A stretch of DNA of 63,100 nt, the filler included, from Methanobacteriota archaeon (GTDB lineage: Archaea > JACRDV01): NCBI GenBank assembly GCA_024860865.1. It is 7 parts of 7 records of this genome, joined end to end, with 100 filler letters (N's around TTAATTAATTAA, not from the genome) between each part and the next. Parts side by side here need not be neighbours in the genome. Positions count along the whole stretch, not along the records: positions 57,928 to 63,100 come from JACRDV010000079.1; 6 more parts are not named here. The stretch is one strand, 5' to 3'. Of this stretch, positions 60,937-63,100 are shown piece by piece (position 1 is the stretch's first letter; each line of letters begins with the position of its first letter). The notes under the pieces were generated by a model, which did not search any database, was not told the DNA's origin, and was given only the letters and a program-made list of their open reading frames with translations. Position numbers and translations under genes: made by a program.

Positions 60937-61215
60937 AGGTGAAAACTACTTTGATTGGGTCATCACGATATGCTACTATGCAATGTATCAGGCTTCTTTA
61001 GCGCGTTAGAATTTTACCTCTACCGACGATAGTTTATTTTTTGACACGAGCCAACAAATACAGAAACATTTAGCTGAAATTAAGTTGACATAAAAAATGG
61101 AAAAGCAAGATTTGAAATATATCAATGTTCATCAACTGTAGAGAGCTGATAGACTTTTCTGAGCCAAATAATACGAATAAGAAGAATAAAAGAGTACAAT
61201 AAAGGAGGAAATTTT

Positions 61216-61572
61216 ATGTACCATCCAGGAAAAGTGCTGAAGATTTTCTCGCCTAGAGATAAGGATATAGTTGCTTCTGATGATACGACTCAAGCAATGT
61301 TGGCAATGTGGGATGAAAATTTGATAACAGTTTCAGTAGAACCGCATTTATCTGATAAAACACAAGAAGGAGATGTTGTTTTAGTAGACTACAGTCCCTT
61401 ATCTCCGAAAACTCCAGTTCCAAGGATGATCGTAATTAAAGTCTTACGCGGAGAGAATGCTGAAAAAACTTGGAGCGAGTATAAGTCTCGTTTCAAAAAA
61501 CTCCAAGAAGAGCGAGCCCCACTGCCACCATTTCAGATGCCACAAATCCCACGACCTGGACCTTACGGGTGA
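61216..61572 (+). CDS. Hypothetical protein with Pro-rich tail
   Basis: GGAGG RBS; MYHPGKV, MWDEN, GDVVLVDY. Confidence 0.7.
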   Translation: MYHPGKVLKIFSPRDKDIVASDDTTQAMLAMWDENLITVSVEPHLSDKTQEGDVVLVDYSPLSPKTPVPRMIVIKVLRGENAEKTWSEYKSRFKKLQEERAPLPPFQMPQIPRPGPYG

Positions 61573-61776
61573 TCTTTTTTCTTTGAAGATCCCCTTATTT
61601 TGAAGAAATAAAACTAATTGGATTTAAATCTGAACATTCTTAGTCTGCTAATCATTGTATATATTAGGATTTGCAGTTTTTTTGCTCGAGTAAGGACAGC
61701 ACTTTATCTCTTTATCAAGACCTTTATCAAAAAAGTTAAACTACTTGAAAAATAAACGAAAAAATTTGAGGATCTC

Positions 61777-62847
61777 ATGAAAACAGCGCTGATTTATTCT
61801 AATGACTATCTTAGGCATGAAACTGGAAATTTTCATCCTGAAAGCAAAGACCGTTTAAGCAAAATAATGGATTTATTAAAAGAAAAAAGTGTCACTTCAC
61901 ATCCAGACATTTCCATTCTCACTCCTAGAGCAGCAACAGAAGAAGAGCTAGCTCAAGTGCATGATCTATCTTACATAAAACTTGTTAAGAAGGCCTCCTC
62001 AACTGGGGAATTTCTCGATGGAGATACTCCTACTTGCCCTGAAAGTTATGAAATAGCGAAACTTGCAGCTGGCGGAGCAATTGTTGCTGGTGATGCAGTT
62101 GTTTTAGGAGAGGCGAAAAATGCCTTTGCCATTATCCGGCCGCCAGGCCATCATGCTGAGCCAGAGAGAGGGATGGGTTTCTGCATTTTTAACAACATTG
62201 CTGTGCTGATTGAACACTTAAGAGCTCAATATAATTTGAAAAAATTTTTAGTTCTGGATTGGGATGTTCACTTCGGAAATGGAACTGCTTACACCTATTA
62301 TTCAGACCCAACTGTTCTCTACATTTCGATCCATCAGGATCCGAGAACTCTTTATCCTGGAACTGGATTTGCTCATGAAATTGGTTCAGGCAAAGGAGTT
62401 GGATATACGGTAAACATACCGCTTCCACCAGGCTCTGGTGATTTCAGTTATTTGTTAGCGCTGAATGAATTATTCGTTCCTCTCGCAAAAGAGTTCAAGC
62501 CAGAGATAATTTTGGTTTCAGCTGGGCAAGATGCGCATTTCGCTGATCCAATAGCAAATCTTCAAGTAACGACTAATGGCTTTGCCCAAATTGCAAAGAT
62601 TGCAGCCGATGTAGCGAATAATGTTTGTAATGGAAAAATTGTTGCGTGTTTGGAAGGTGGCTACAACCTAGAGGCTTTAGCGTATTCAACTCTTGCTATA
62701 ATCAGCCAATTTGCTGGAATTGAGGTTAAGCTAGATGAACCAGAACAACCGCCAGAAGAAAGCTCGAGCATAAAAAATAATGTAAAGGGGATTATTGAGG
62801 ATGTTGAAAAATTGTTGTCTAATTACTGGGAGTGTTTTGGGCGGTAG
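61777..62847 (+). CDS. Histone deacetylase/AcuC-family protein
   Basis: HPE, RPPGHH, GFC, DWDVHFGNGT, SAGQD, LEGGY. Confidence 0.95.
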   Translation: MKTALIYSNDYLRHETGNFHPESKDRLSKIMDLLKEKSVTSHPDISILTPRAATEEELAQVHDLSYIKLVKKASSTGEFLDGDTPTCPESYEIAKLAAGGAIVAGDAVVLGEAKNAFAIIRPPGHHAEPERGMGFCIFNNIAVLIEHLRAQYNLKKFLVLDWDVHFGNGTAYTYYSDPTVLYISIHQDPRTLYPGTGFAHEIGSGKGVGYTVNIPLPPGSGDFSYLLALNELFVPLAKEFKPEIILVSAGQDAHFADPIANLQVTTNGFAQIAKIAADVANNVCNGKIVACLEGGYNLEALAYSTLAIISQFAGIEVKLDEPEQPPEESSSIKNNVKGIIEDVEKLLSNYWECFGR

Positions 62848-63100
62848 GTTGGGTTGGTACTTGAGCACTTGCTTGAACCCTTTGAAAGACTATCCGCCTT
62901 CCTTTTCGTGCTTTTTGAAGCGCCCCAATTTTGACCATTTTGTTAAGCCACGAACTCGTGTATGCTCTGCTTAAGTTCAGCTGTTGGGCCATATCTTGAG
63001 TCGTGGCCTCTGGGGAATTATTAAAAATGCTTAAAATTTTTTGCTGTAGGTCACCGGGAATCCTTTCAGGGGTTGAAAGGGCTTTATCCAACTTAGAATT
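62819..63100 (-). CDS. C-terminal winged-helix domain of a protein running off the window
   Basis: TTQDMAQQLNLSRAYTSSWLNKM, RKGRRIVF. Confidence 0.6.
   Translation of the reverse strand, partial: NSKLDKALSTPERIPGDLQQKILSIFNNSPEATTQDMAQQLNLSRAYTSSWLNKMVKIGALQKARKGRRIVFQRVQASAQVPTQPTAQNTPSN

Noticed and set aside
1051-62428. Numerous antisense and nested ORFs in the track
   Set aside because: Shadows of well-supported genes or tRNAs
1-63100. CRISPR array, rRNA or provirus
   Set aside because: No regularly spaced repeats, rRNA-like tracts, cas, integrase or capsid genes seen

Overview
Low-GC archaeal draft-genome window made of seven contigs joined by six artificial 100-nt linkers (N-run/TTAATTAATTAA/N-run), so gene order across linkers is not evidence of adjacency. 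It opens with a replication origin (ORB boxes) followed by cdc6-DP1-DP2 (PolD). Contig 2 holds four multiheme c-type cytochrome genes. Two are complete tetraheme proteins resembling archaeal cytochrome-nanowire subunits, and a third paralog is cut by the contig edge. One paralog pair forms a 358-bp mosaic inverted repeat. The same contig carries an ectodomain-TM-PIN nuclease gene. Elsewhere: a bacterial-type hemE-hemH-hemY cluster, mqnD, class II HMG-CoA reductase, an N-terminally truncated SepRS and four tRNA genes. tRNA-Leu(CAA) has two introns, and tRNA-Thr(GGT) has its 5' acceptor strand separated from the D-arm by a 39-nt insert. There are also type IV pilins with MinD, a separate secretion ATPase, an OB-fold/TctA pair, several intact and decayed toxin-antitoxin modules, IS701-like and IS200/IS605 (TnpB) ends, several small ORFs missed by the ORF track, and ordinary housekeeping genes. 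Family calls come from motif recognition, not database searches. The lineage cannot be fixed from this window.
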